Positions 26,040 through 33,775 of a stretch of DNA of 64,000 nt are shown one piece after another (position 1 is the first letter of the stretch; every line of letters begins with the position of its first letter). The DNA comes from a virus. Position numbers and translations under genes: made by a program. The notes beneath the pieces are model-generated. The model saw only the letters and a list, made by a program, of their open reading frames with translations. It did not search any database and was not told where the DNA came from. The DNA lies in IMG/VR virus record IMGVR_UViG_3300034069_000660, positions 1-64,000 of that record; one strand, written 5' to 3'.

Positions 26040-27008
26040 TCAGCGTTGCTTGATCCGTGTTGCGATGGCGCACCGACACTGAATTGTCTCCGCCGCCGGG
26101 GCATCAGGGTCGCCGGGATAGCGCAGCACGCCGTTGACGGTGACCCATGTCTCGCCCCATGCCCGCTTCTCTTCGTTCAGCAGAAGATGCGTTTGCCGTT
26201 CGCGGCCATCGGTGCGAGTGACCCACTTTCGTTCGAGCCTATCCGCATCGATCGTACCGTCAGCGATGGCTTGACGATACATTTCTTCGTTGCCCTGATG
26301 CACAGCGCGCAGCGCCTCTGTGCGGCCGATCACTTCGGCCCGGTGCTTGACATATCGGGCGGTGTACCGCTCGACCAGCCAATCGATCTTCTGGGGGGAA
26401 AGCGCCTTGCCATCCCGCGCCGCGCGCTTGACCTGTGTGTCGCCGCGCCCGTCGCGCAGCGCCCGGCCTACGGCATCAGCGGCGGCATCAGCGTCGACAT
26501 GCACCCGGGTCAGCGCGGACCGATAGTTCGCAACGGCGGTCCACTGTTTCGTCGTCAGCCCGATACTGTCGCGGAAATTGCGCGCCTGCGCGATCGGGTT
26601 GATCGCGGCTTCAACGCCACTGACCAGCGCCAGCGACGTTGCGCGTCGCTGTTCGGCCGTGAACTCGCGGACCAGCGTCAGGCTGTTGCGCTGCATCGCC
26701 GCCACGGCACCTAAATTGACCTGATTGAAGACCAGCCGGCCGACGTTGGCACTGGTCAGGAATTCAGCCGTGGACTGCCCGGAGGTGACGAACGCGACGT
26801 TGCTGGCGGCTCCCAGCGCGTCGGCGGCGTGTTGGAGGCGATCGAGCGCGTCGGCGAGACGGCCTTGTTGGATCAGGTCTGCCAGTTCGTCGAGATCGAT
26901 CTCGTTTTTCAGGGCTTCAACAGCCGTCCTGAATATGGTCGCGATCCGCCGCTCCTGCAGGTCTAGCAGATCATTCAGACGCTGCGCCGGATCATAGGTA
27001 TCTGCCAT
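26040..27008 (-). CDS. Head morphogenesis protein, Mu F / SPP1 gp7-like
   Basis: Start is M23 of ORF 26040-27074. C-terminal ...TIQCRCAI motif is typical of Phage_Mu_F. Confidence 0.75.
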   Translation of the reverse strand: MADTYDPAQRLNDLLDLQERRIATIFRTAVEALKNEIDLDELADLIQQGRLADALDRLQHAADALGAASNVAFVTSGQSTAEFLTSANVGRLVFNQVNLGAVAAMQRNSLTLVREFTAEQRRATSLALVSGVEAAINPIAQARNFRDSIGLTTKQWTAVANYRSALTRVHVDADAAADAVGRALRDGRGDTQVKRAARDGKALSPQKIDWLVERYTARYVKHRAEVIGRTEALRAVHQGNEEMYRQAIADGTIDADRLERKWVTRTDGRERQTHLLLNEEKRAWGETWVTVNGVLRYPGDPDAPAAETIQCRCAIATRIKQR

Positions 27009-27009
27009 C

Positions 27010-27420
27010 CTACTTCCCGTCGGGCCCACGCCGGTCGCGGCACAGGAAGCCGTAGACCGCGCCGGCAGGATCACGCGATATCTGCTGCACGCAATACAAG
27101 GTCAGGTCCCCACCCTCTTCGTGCACGGTGCAGGCATCGTTCCGGAGAGGAAAACCATCGACCGGCACGGTGTCACCGATCAGGATCAGCTTGCGATCGT
27201 TCAGTTCGATCGTGATGCCGGCCGGCACGCTGTTAGGGTTGATATCCTCCCAGAACCCGACGCACTCGAACGTCACCGGCACGCTGGACCGGCCGCCGGT
27301 CAGATTGCCGGCTGTCCGGGGGCCGCGCACGTCGCGCGTGATCGTGACGGGCAAGAGCCCCTCTCCGAACACGTCTGCGATGATGCCGGCGATATCCGTG
27401 TCGAACAGGACGTTACCCAT
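27010..27420 (-). CDS. Hypothetical virion-module protein (136 aa)
   Basis: Start is M24 of ORF 27010-27489. ATGA overlap with the upstream gene. Confidence 0.5.
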   Translation of the reverse strand: MGNVLFDTDIAGIIADVFGEGLLPVTITRDVRGPRTAGNLTGGRSSVPVTFECVGFWEDINPNSVPAGITIELNDRKLILIGDTVPVDGFPLRNDACTVHEEGGDLTLYCVQQISRDPAGAVYGFLCRDRRGPDGK

Positions 27421-27968
27421 CAGTCCCGATCCTCCGCATAATAACCGTCGCGCCCATAATCGGACCAGCGCCCTTCGACCGGCCGGCACCCTGACGACGC
27501 ACCGCTGACGAATGCGCCAGCCATCGCCCCGTCATCGTCGGATGCGGTGGTCGCATCGCAGACCAACCCTGCGGCTTTCAGCATAAGCCACAAAGGCCCG
27601 GGGAGGGGGGCGTTGTCGGTTACGGCAGTGAAGAACTCGACCTGCGCCGAACCGGCCTTGGCGATCTTGACGTTGCTGTTGCCGCTGGCGTCGCCCATCA
27701 GTCGCGGCTTCGCGACCAGATCGGCCGCCAGCATGGCTGTTACCTCCTGCACAATCTCCGACTGTTCATCGGCAGTGGGGTCCGGTCGATCCGCGCACCA
27801 CGTCAGGGTCAGCAGCTTCCGGGTCGCCGATACGATACCCCGGCCCTTGGCCGCCTCCTGTAGCACTGCCCACCGGGCCGCCCGGGACACGTCGCCCGCA
27901 AGAAAGCGGTCCGCGCGATCGATCGTCGTCAGCGCGTCGAACTCATGATCACCGATCTTGACCTTCAC
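27420..27968 (-). CDS. Hypothetical protein (182 aa), possible head-tail adaptor with DnaT-like N-terminal domain
   Basis: ATGA-coupled to the portal gene. The N-terminus resembles a DnaT_2-type adaptor domain, but the match is weak. Confidence 0.45.
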   Translation of the reverse strand: MKVKIGDHEFDALTTIDRADRFLAGDVSRAARWAVLQEAAKGRGIVSATRKLLTLTWCADRPDPTADEQSEIVQEVTAMLAADLVAKPRLMGDASGNSNVKIAKAGSAQVEFFTAVTDNAPLPGPLWLMLKAAGLVCDATTASDDDGAMAGAFVSGASSGCRPVEGRWSDYGRDGYYAEDRD

Positions 27969-29533
27969 CGCCGCATCCTCCGCTTCGCCATGTTGCGTCG
28001 CGACCGCAGGACCTTGGCGATGCGACGATCTTCGGGATTATTAATAACAGGATCATCGGGATCGACCTGATCGGTCCGACCCGGGGTTAGGGACAGGTCC
28101 ATTTCGTCGACCCGCTCCGGCGGACGCGTCAGGCCCAGCAGGTCATAGACTTCGCCCACGGCGGGATCGTCGGGCATCAGCGGTGCCCCGGCCGTGGCGA
28201 GGTCCTTCAACGCGGTCAGGACCTGTTCGATATCGCGGTCGCTGATCTCATTGACGCCCATCTGCGGGCGGAGTTGTTCGGGCCAGCCGTTCAGATCGGC
28301 TATCGGGGTCAGCACGTCGCGATCTACGACCTCGACAAGGTCGAGCAATGTTGAAGTCACGGTCAGGAAGAACGTGCCGACCTTCGACCGCGCCAGTGCG
28401 AGCGATCCGGCACCGTCCGACCCTAGCAACAGATGCTCGACACCCAGCACCCGTGCCAGTTCTTCGTTCATTCGCTTCACGGCGTTTGCCATGGAGTCGA
28501 AGCTGGTCGATTCTCCGTTCAGTAGTTCGAGCGCCCATTTCGGGGTCGCGCTTGGCGTCTGGCCCTTTTCGGTGCTGTTGCTGGTGAACGGGTCTGACGG
28601 CAGCATCAGGCCGGTCTTCTTGTTGCGAACGTGCTTTTCGATGAAATCCCGCAAGGGGCGCAACATCATCGATCGACGGGCCTCCGCCTTTTTGCGTTCC
28701 GGACTGTCCGGTGCGCCCGCATCTTCAACCTCTTTCTTCATTTCCCCAAGCGGTGCCCGGGCAACGGGGATGCCACGCAAGTCGGTGGTGAAACCCGTTT
28801 CTTCCAAATCGAGGAACAGCTTCAACCGATCCGCTGTTTCGGCAAGGTGTCGGAATAACCCCATGCCCTCTGGATTGTCGGTCAGCAGATCGTCGACGGC
28901 GTAGACGATCTTTCCCCGGGGCAACTCCACCTCCGCAAGCCCGGTGACGCGCTGCACCACGGCCTCAATCGTTCCGGAGCGGTCGCGCTTCCACCGCACG
29001 ATGGAACGCTGTGGTCGATGCTCGATATCCAGCAGTCCGATCGAACCATCGTCCATCCGCTTCGCGGTCCATTCCATGACGGAGAAGCCTTGCAGCCGAA
29101 ACATCGCGATTTTCCGGATCACGCTTGACCAGCTGGTCGTCATTCCGAACAGCATGTCATAGGCAGCATCGGCATAGCCCTGCGCCACAGGGGCTTCGTT
29201 ACCGTTCAGGCCTTCTGGCGGGTTCACAGTCCAAACCGCGTTGGCGATCAGGTTCAGAAAGAGACGCACGCCGGCAGCAACGATCGTGACGTCACGAACC
29301 ATGCGGTCATATTCATCGAACCGGGCCTGCCCGATCAGATTCAATTTTCGCTCTGGCAGGCTGTATGAATAGCCCTGCAGATCGGCGGCGGAATTTAGAT
29401 TGCTGCCTAGCGTCTGCGTCGATCCGACGGCTTTCTGGATCACGTCATCCGCGTCTGCGGCGTCGGTTACGTCACGCTGACCGTCGCCCCGGAACCAGCC
29501 CCCTACGCGGTCGAAGATGCTTTCGTCGGCCAA
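27965..29533 (-). CDS. Portal protein (522 aa; TTG start)
   Basis: Size, position upstream of the MuF-like gene, and acidic/basic C-terminal tail. The start codon is TTG, with a GGGAG SD 7 nt upstream. Confidence 0.8.
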   Translation of the reverse strand: MADESIFDRVGGWFRGDGQRDVTDAADADDVIQKAVGSTQTLGSNLNSAADLQGYSYSLPERKLNLIGQARFDEYDRMVRDVTIVAAGVRLFLNLIANAVWTVNPPEGLNGNEAPVAQGYADAAYDMLFGMTTSWSSVIRKIAMFRLQGFSVMEWTAKRMDDGSIGLLDIEHRPQRSIVRWKRDRSGTIEAVVQRVTGLAEVELPRGKIVYAVDDLLTDNPEGMGLFRHLAETADRLKLFLDLEETGFTTDLRGIPVARAPLGEMKKEVEDAGAPDSPERKKAEARRSMMLRPLRDFIEKHVRNKKTGLMLPSDPFTSNSTEKGQTPSATPKWALELLNGESTSFDSMANAVKRMNEELARVLGVEHLLLGSDGAGSLALARSKVGTFFLTVTSTLLDLVEVVDRDVLTPIADLNGWPEQLRPQMGVNEISDRDIEQVLTALKDLATAGAPLMPDDPAVGEVYDLLGLTRPPERVDEMDLSLTPGRTDQVDPDDPVINNPEDRRIAKVLRSRRNMAKRRMRR

Positions 29534-29535
29534 GG

Positions 29536-29582
29536 CCCGGCTCCCTGATAGATTGCGGGCTGTCTTATATCAGGGAGCCGGG
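29536..29582 (-). promoter_or_regulatory. Perfect 15-bp hairpin that contains the portal Shine-Dalgarno sequence
   Basis: CCCGGCTCCCTGATA (29536-29550) pairs with TATCAGGGAGCCGGG (29568-29582), with a 17-nt loop. On the coding strand GGGAG lies in the 3' arm, 7 nt before TTG. Confidence 0.7.
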
Positions 29583-29597
29583 ACGGTCGAGTGATGG
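29573..29597. repeat. Direct repeat copy 1 flanking the 919-aa ORF
   Basis: GGGAGCC[GGGAC]GGTCGAGTGATGG. Matches 32384-32403 at 19 of 20 positions apart from the 5-nt insertion. Confidence 0.7.
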
Positions 29598-29612
29598 CCT
29601 GTGCCGTTTGTC

Positions 29613-32372
29613 TTAGACGGCGGCCATGGCTTCATACCATGCCTTCGCCAGCATGGACGGACGTTCCGGCGGGAATGTGGCCGTCTGACCGACGTGATGG
29701 GTAAGCCCCCATGCCGTCGGACGATAGTCGGTGTAGAAGGTCTGGTTGCCGCCGACGATCCGCTGATGTTCGGTGATCATGTATTTCAGCAGATCGTAGC
29801 CCTCTTGAGACGCAAGCAGGTTATGCCAGAGTTGCCCGTTTCCGATATCCTCAAACCCACCTTCATATTCAAAGAACGCCCATCCCTTCGACACGGCGTA
29901 ATCACGGTTTTGTGCCGCCCGCCCGTAAACGATGGGAACATCATTCTTGATCCGTGTTACCAAGGTGGCAAGATCATTAGCCGACAAGTCAATGCCCTTG
30001 TATCCGCCGATATAAGGGGCCGTCGAAATCGACTGAATATATGGAGCAATTCCCGGCTCCGCTTCGCATACCTGCGGAGCCAGCGCGACCCCATCATTGT
30101 GAAGATCGACATTGCAAACCAGCAGGTCCGCCACGCCTTCGGCAATGAATTCCTCCATCACCCACGTCATGACCTCCTTATGTCGGAAGGACCAATACCT
30201 TAGCACCTTGTCATGCTGGCTTCCGCCGGTGTCGACGTATTTGCCGGCGGCTACCGCCCGCGCCGCAAGACCATCGGAGCCGCCCAGTTCGTCGGACCCT
30301 GCAACCGCTCGCCACGCCGGCTGTCCCGAGTTCCAAATCTCGTTCGCCAGCGTCCACATGACAAACATCATGTGCAGCTTCGCCCACTTCGCCGTTCGCC
30401 GCGCCTCCGTCCGCACCCATGCTTCCGTCGCCTGCAACGGAATATGGAAACGACCGGTGTTCCCCGTGGCCGTCAAAAGGCCCAGCAAATCCGGGGTGCT
30501 GTGGCGGATTGTCTGCCCGATATCTCCCGCCTGCGTAATACGCGGATTAGGATCAAATGCGGTGTCGACCGTCGATTGCATATCCATCAAACGCGATCCG
30601 AACTGAAATTTAGCATATCTCGAATTGATCGCGATATGATCTACGTCCCAATAGCCGGGGCTTCGACGGCTACCGTCATCGTTGATCTCGTAAATACGGC
30701 AGTTTGTGTATGCGGTGGCACCAAGCGGCTGGATTTGCATCAGGAACACATCAAGCGACTGGCCGGGAACCTGCCATTCACCTCGATAATACCGTACCTG
30801 ATCCCAGTTGAACGTAAAGTCGACAAACGACTCACCATTTGCAGAACTGACCCCACTAACGTCCGTTATCGAAGCGCCGCCGCCGTTGTTTCTGGTGTCG
30901 AGGCCCGTCATATCGCTGTCAATCTGCAACCGCATACGCTGGCTTGGTGCCGCCATACCGCCAATGTAAGCCACCGGCCGACCACCATTTGCGAACGCAG
31001 ATGCAACCGGAGTGCCTGCCGTGTTGATAGGGGGAATGGTATCATTGCCGCCGTCAATTCTACCTCGCCAGCTGCCGACGTTCTTGTTGGCCGTCGGCGC
31101 GTTCAGATAGTAATAGTTGGACGCATTGGGATTTGTCGCGAATGACGGAGCCGCTGCCCACACCACTCCACTTTGGGTGGCAGTCTCTCCGCTGGTGGCT
31201 TGCGTGATCCGGATGCGCGTCGGGAAACCACGCTTGGCCGCCGATAGTGCCGACTTGGACCGCAGCCGCACGCGGCCCGCTTGCGGATACTCGACCACCT
31301 CGGCATTGACCTTGTCGATCAGCGTACCGGCACCATCACCGGTCAACACCTCGATTGTCAGGAAGTCATTGATCGGCATGTAATAGTCGATGACGGCATC
31401 GACGAACCCAAGGCTGTCATAGGTCACCGATGCGAAAGAAACCGGTTTGTAGAGAACCGCATAGGCCCCGCCGGTTACATTAGTAAATTCCGCATCCGAT
31501 CGGAACCTGATGCTGGTCCGATCTGCATTATAGGCGTCAGGGTTTGCCGCGATGATTGTTGCCTTGCTGATAAGACTCTTGCGGACCCCATCCTGCAAAA
31601 CCTCGAAGTCGCCATTCGGCAGAAGCGAAGCACGGATTTTCCCATTCGCGGGATCGCTAACAGGATCGACATGAATGTCTTCGCCGATTTTGGCGTATTG
31701 ATTTCCGGGTACACCGCCAAGGAATAGATATTCATCATTTGCGATGGTTAGAAATAGCGGCGCGCCCGTTTCGCCGATGCAGAAATATGCGAAGAAACCG
31801 ACATTCTGCGGCTGAAATTCCCAGAACTGCGCATTGGAATCGGTGTCAGCAACATCCGTGTCCGACGTCGTGAGATTGTCAAAATTGGGTGGTGTCGTCG
31901 CTGGCGCGGGGAAGGCGACGACCTTTGCATCGACTGGCGGCGGGGGCGGCGGCGGGGGCGGGGGTGCCGGCGGCGACACGTCGATGATCGAGGCGGTCAG
32001 GACGAACCTCTTCTCGATTGCGAAACCGGATGGTCCTTCGACGCGCACGGTCAGCGTGACGGTCTGGTTCAGCGGGATCGCTGCCGTCGTCGCGATCAGG
32101 CCCTCCGGGCTGACCTGAATAGTGGCGGGACCGGACACCTTGTAGAAGGTCGCATCGGGAATGGTCGATCGCAGCTGCGATACGGTTCCGGTGACACCCG
32201 CCACGATCTCCGTGTTCAGCAGGGTCAGCACCGCCGCACCGCCAGTTTCGAACAATTCGCGGAACATACGGTCCACCGCTGCCCAGCGGCGCGGACCGGC
32301 GAAGAGGGGGGTCTTTACGGGTTCATAACCTTCGGCCACGGCGGTCACTCCTATCGGGTTCCCGGCCTGCAT
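29613..32372 (-). CDS. Large accessory protein (919 aa): Ig-like N-terminus, Pro10 linker, beta-rich middle, C-terminal glycoside-hydrolase-like region (candidate polysaccharide depolymerase)
   Basis: ORF track. GC visibly lower than flanking genes. PPAPPPPPPPPPP at aa 134-146. LANEIWN (E678) and FFEYEGG (E835/E837) are reminiscent of clan GH-A catalytic motifs; that is inference only. Confidence 0.7.
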   Translation of the reverse strand: MQAGNPIGVTAVAEGYEPVKTPLFAGPRRWAAVDRMFRELFETGGAAVLTLLNTEIVAGVTGTVSQLRSTIPDATFYKVSGPATIQVSPEGLIATTAAIPLNQTVTLTVRVEGPSGFAIEKRFVLTASIIDVSPPAPPPPPPPPPPVDAKVVAFPAPATTPPNFDNLTTSDTDVADTDSNAQFWEFQPQNVGFFAYFCIGETGAPLFLTIANDEYLFLGGVPGNQYAKIGEDIHVDPVSDPANGKIRASLLPNGDFEVLQDGVRKSLISKATIIAANPDAYNADRTSIRFRSDAEFTNVTGGAYAVLYKPVSFASVTYDSLGFVDAVIDYYMPINDFLTIEVLTGDGAGTLIDKVNAEVVEYPQAGRVRLRSKSALSAAKRGFPTRIRITQATSGETATQSGVVWAAAPSFATNPNASNYYYLNAPTANKNVGSWRGRIDGGNDTIPPINTAGTPVASAFANGGRPVAYIGGMAAPSQRMRLQIDSDMTGLDTRNNGGGASITDVSGVSSANGESFVDFTFNWDQVRYYRGEWQVPGQSLDVFLMQIQPLGATAYTNCRIYEINDDGSRRSPGYWDVDHIAINSRYAKFQFGSRLMDMQSTVDTAFDPNPRITQAGDIGQTIRHSTPDLLGLLTATGNTGRFHIPLQATEAWVRTEARRTAKWAKLHMMFVMWTLANEIWNSGQPAWRAVAGSDELGGSDGLAARAVAAGKYVDTGGSQHDKVLRYWSFRHKEVMTWVMEEFIAEGVADLLVCNVDLHNDGVALAPQVCEAEPGIAPYIQSISTAPYIGGYKGIDLSANDLATLVTRIKNDVPIVYGRAAQNRDYAVSKGWAFFEYEGGFEDIGNGQLWHNLLASQEGYDLLKYMITEHQRIVGGNQTFYTDYRPTAWGLTHHVGQTATFPPERPSMLAKAWYEAMAAV

Positions 32373-32383
32373 ATCGCAGTGCC

Positions 32384-32403
32384 GGGAGCCGGTCGAGTGA
32401 CGG
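32384..32403. repeat. Direct repeat copy 2, immediately 3' of the tRNA
   Basis: GGGAGCCGGTCGAGTGACGG. See 29573-29597. Confidence 0.7.
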
Positions 32404-32408
32404 GGCTA

Positions 32409-32485
32409 TGGTTGCGGGGACCGGATTTGAACCGGCGACCTTCGGTTTATGAGACTGACGCGCTACCAGACTGCGCTACCCCGCG
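32409..32485 (-). tRNA. tRNA-Met (anticodon CAT), 77 nt with encoded CCA; initiator-like acceptor stem but non-canonical anticodon stem
   Basis: Sequence CGCGGGGTAGCGCAGTCTGGTAGCGCGTCAGTCTCATAAACCGAAGGTCGCCGGTTCAAATCCGGTCCCCGCAACCA folds as a cloverleaf. It closely resembles E. coli tRNA-fMet as recalled from memory. Confidence 0.9.
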
Positions 32486-32557
32486 CTGCCGGAATGACAA
32501 ACGGCCCGCCCCGGGTCAAGGGACAGGCCGTCAGACTTCGTGCTTTCGCGGATCAAT

Positions 32558-32725
32558 TCAGGGGCATTTGACGTCCGGGCTGGTCACCGTGCCATCGCGG
32601 CACTCGCCGTTCGTGTTCGGCGACGCCGTCGGAGCGGGGGAGGGCGTGGCGATGACGCGGGTGTCGTCGCAGCCGGACAGTGAGGCCGCAACGGCAAGGG
32701 CGGCGATGACAGAGAACTGACGCAT
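32558..32725 (-). CDS. Small lipoprotein (55 aa)
   Basis: Not in the ORF track (under 60 aa). Translation: MRQFSVIAALAVAASLSG|CDDTRV...VKCP. AAGGAG lies 8 nt upstream of the ATG. Lipobox LSGC. Confidence 0.7.
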   Translation of the reverse strand: MRQFSVIAALAVAASLSGCDDTRVIATPSPAPTASPNTNGECRDGTVTSPDVKCP

Positions 32726-32784
32726 GGGATCGACTCCTTTGGTGGAGCCGCGACGCTATGGCAGGTCGCCGGCTTCGTCCAGCG

Positions 32785-33012
32785 TCAGGACATGCCCTGT
32801 TGATTGTACCGAAACGTGAGCCGGGCGATTGCCCCGATCAGTAGACCGGCGAGGGGTGCCTTCGACCACATCGATCCTGTGGTGCCATCGCGATAGACGA
32901 TTGCAATGGCGACCGACGACACGGAGCCGGCACGGGCTTCGGTCAACACGGCTTCAAGCGCCTCGACCACGGAAGCGTCCGGAACGGGCGATAGGGGAAC
33001 AATCTCTGCCAT
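32785..33012 (-). CDS. Hypothetical protein (75 aa; start uncertain)
   Basis: M70 of ORF 32785-33219. The upstream part of that ORF looks non-coding (R/P/S-rich). No clear SD. Confidence 0.35.
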   Translation of the reverse strand: MAEIVPLSPVPDASVVEALEAVLTEARAGSVSSVAIAIVYRDGTTGSMWSKAPLAGLLIGAIARLTFRYNQQGMS

Positions 33013-33344
33013 GCGGCTGGATACGCGAACGGCCCCGCCGGTTGCAATCCCGGCGGGGCCGTGAGGTGACGCCAGCCAGTAGGGTCCCGGCGTGGCTGGC
33101 GTCTGGATCGGGCGGCCGAACCGTGACCTTGTCCACCTGTCCGGGTACTTCGGTGAACTGACCCTTACCATCAAACTTGCCGTGTGCGGTTTCTGGCTTT
33201 CGCCTCCCGCTCGGGTCACGGCCCCCTGTGATAGGCGAACCCATCATCTGTGCCGGCTGTCTCCTGACCGGCCTCCGCCGGCCAATCCCGGGGATGGACC
33301 GCCATTGCGCCGACGATCGGCGATTCGCAAGCCCGAAACGCAAA

Positions 33345-33366
33345 CGGCCTGCCGGTTAAGGCAGGC
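33345..33366 (-). terminator. Probable intrinsic terminator after the 89-aa exported-protein gene
   Basis: GGCCTGCC / GGCAGGCC 8-bp stem with a 6-nt loop. On the minus strand it is followed by GTTTGCGTTTCGGG. Confidence 0.55.
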
Positions 33367-33447
33367 CGCAGGGGCTGGGGCTATCGAGGCACCCCGCCTA
33401 CTTCCGGCGCGTGCGGGCGGGGGAACCCGGGCGCGCTGGCTATTCGA

Positions 33448-33717
33448 TCAGGTGTTGCGCGCGGCGGCGCGGCGGCTGACGCCGGCTTCGTGCCGGCGCG
33501 AATGCAGCAGCGCGCCGTCGACCGGGGTGCCGCCGATCGCGCGCGGCAGGACCGGGCCGTCGGTGGCGAGGCGGAACGGTTCGGGTGCGAACAGGTCGAT
33601 CAGCTGGCGGAGCATGACGACGGTCGAGGCCATGACGCGGTCGAACGCGGCGAAGGTTGCGGATGCGGCGAGCATGGGGACGGCGATCAGGAAGCCGAAA
33701 AGGGAACGATGACGCAT
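33448..33717 (-). CDS. Small secreted protein (89 aa)
   Basis: AGGAGA lies 6 nt upstream of the ATG. N-terminal signal peptide MRHRSLFGFLIAVPMLAASATFA. Confidence 0.6.
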   Translation of the reverse strand: MRHRSLFGFLIAVPMLAASATFAAFDRVMASTVVMLRQLIDLFAPEPFRLATDGPVLPRAIGGTPVDGALLHSRRHEAGVSRRAAARNT

Positions 33718-33775
33718 GACGATCTCCTATGGAGGGGTGTCGAGGTCTGAAACCTGCCGTGATCTGGCCCGGCGG

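Noticed and set aside
32409-32485. The tRNA gene as a prophage attachment site or a boundary between two tandem prophages.
   Set aside because: terS/terL lie on one side and portal/head/tail on the other, in the same orientation, and together form one complete morphogenesis set. No integrase and no partial tRNA duplicate were seen. The tRNA is therefore phage cargo.
32379-32720. 113-aa plus-strand ORF spanning the tRNA region.
   Set aside because: It reads straight through the antisense strand of the tRNA gene and of the well-supported 55-aa lipoprotein gene. It has no SD and its translation is implausible.
33013-33447. ORFs in the ~430-nt gap between the 89-aa and 75-aa genes (33092-33712 plus strand, 32954-33343 minus strand, and the N-terminal extension of 32785-33219).
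   Set aside because: The translations are Arg/Pro/Ser-rich with no SD. The region contains a terminator hairpin. It is better explained as non-coding spacer or promoter DNA of the accessory island.
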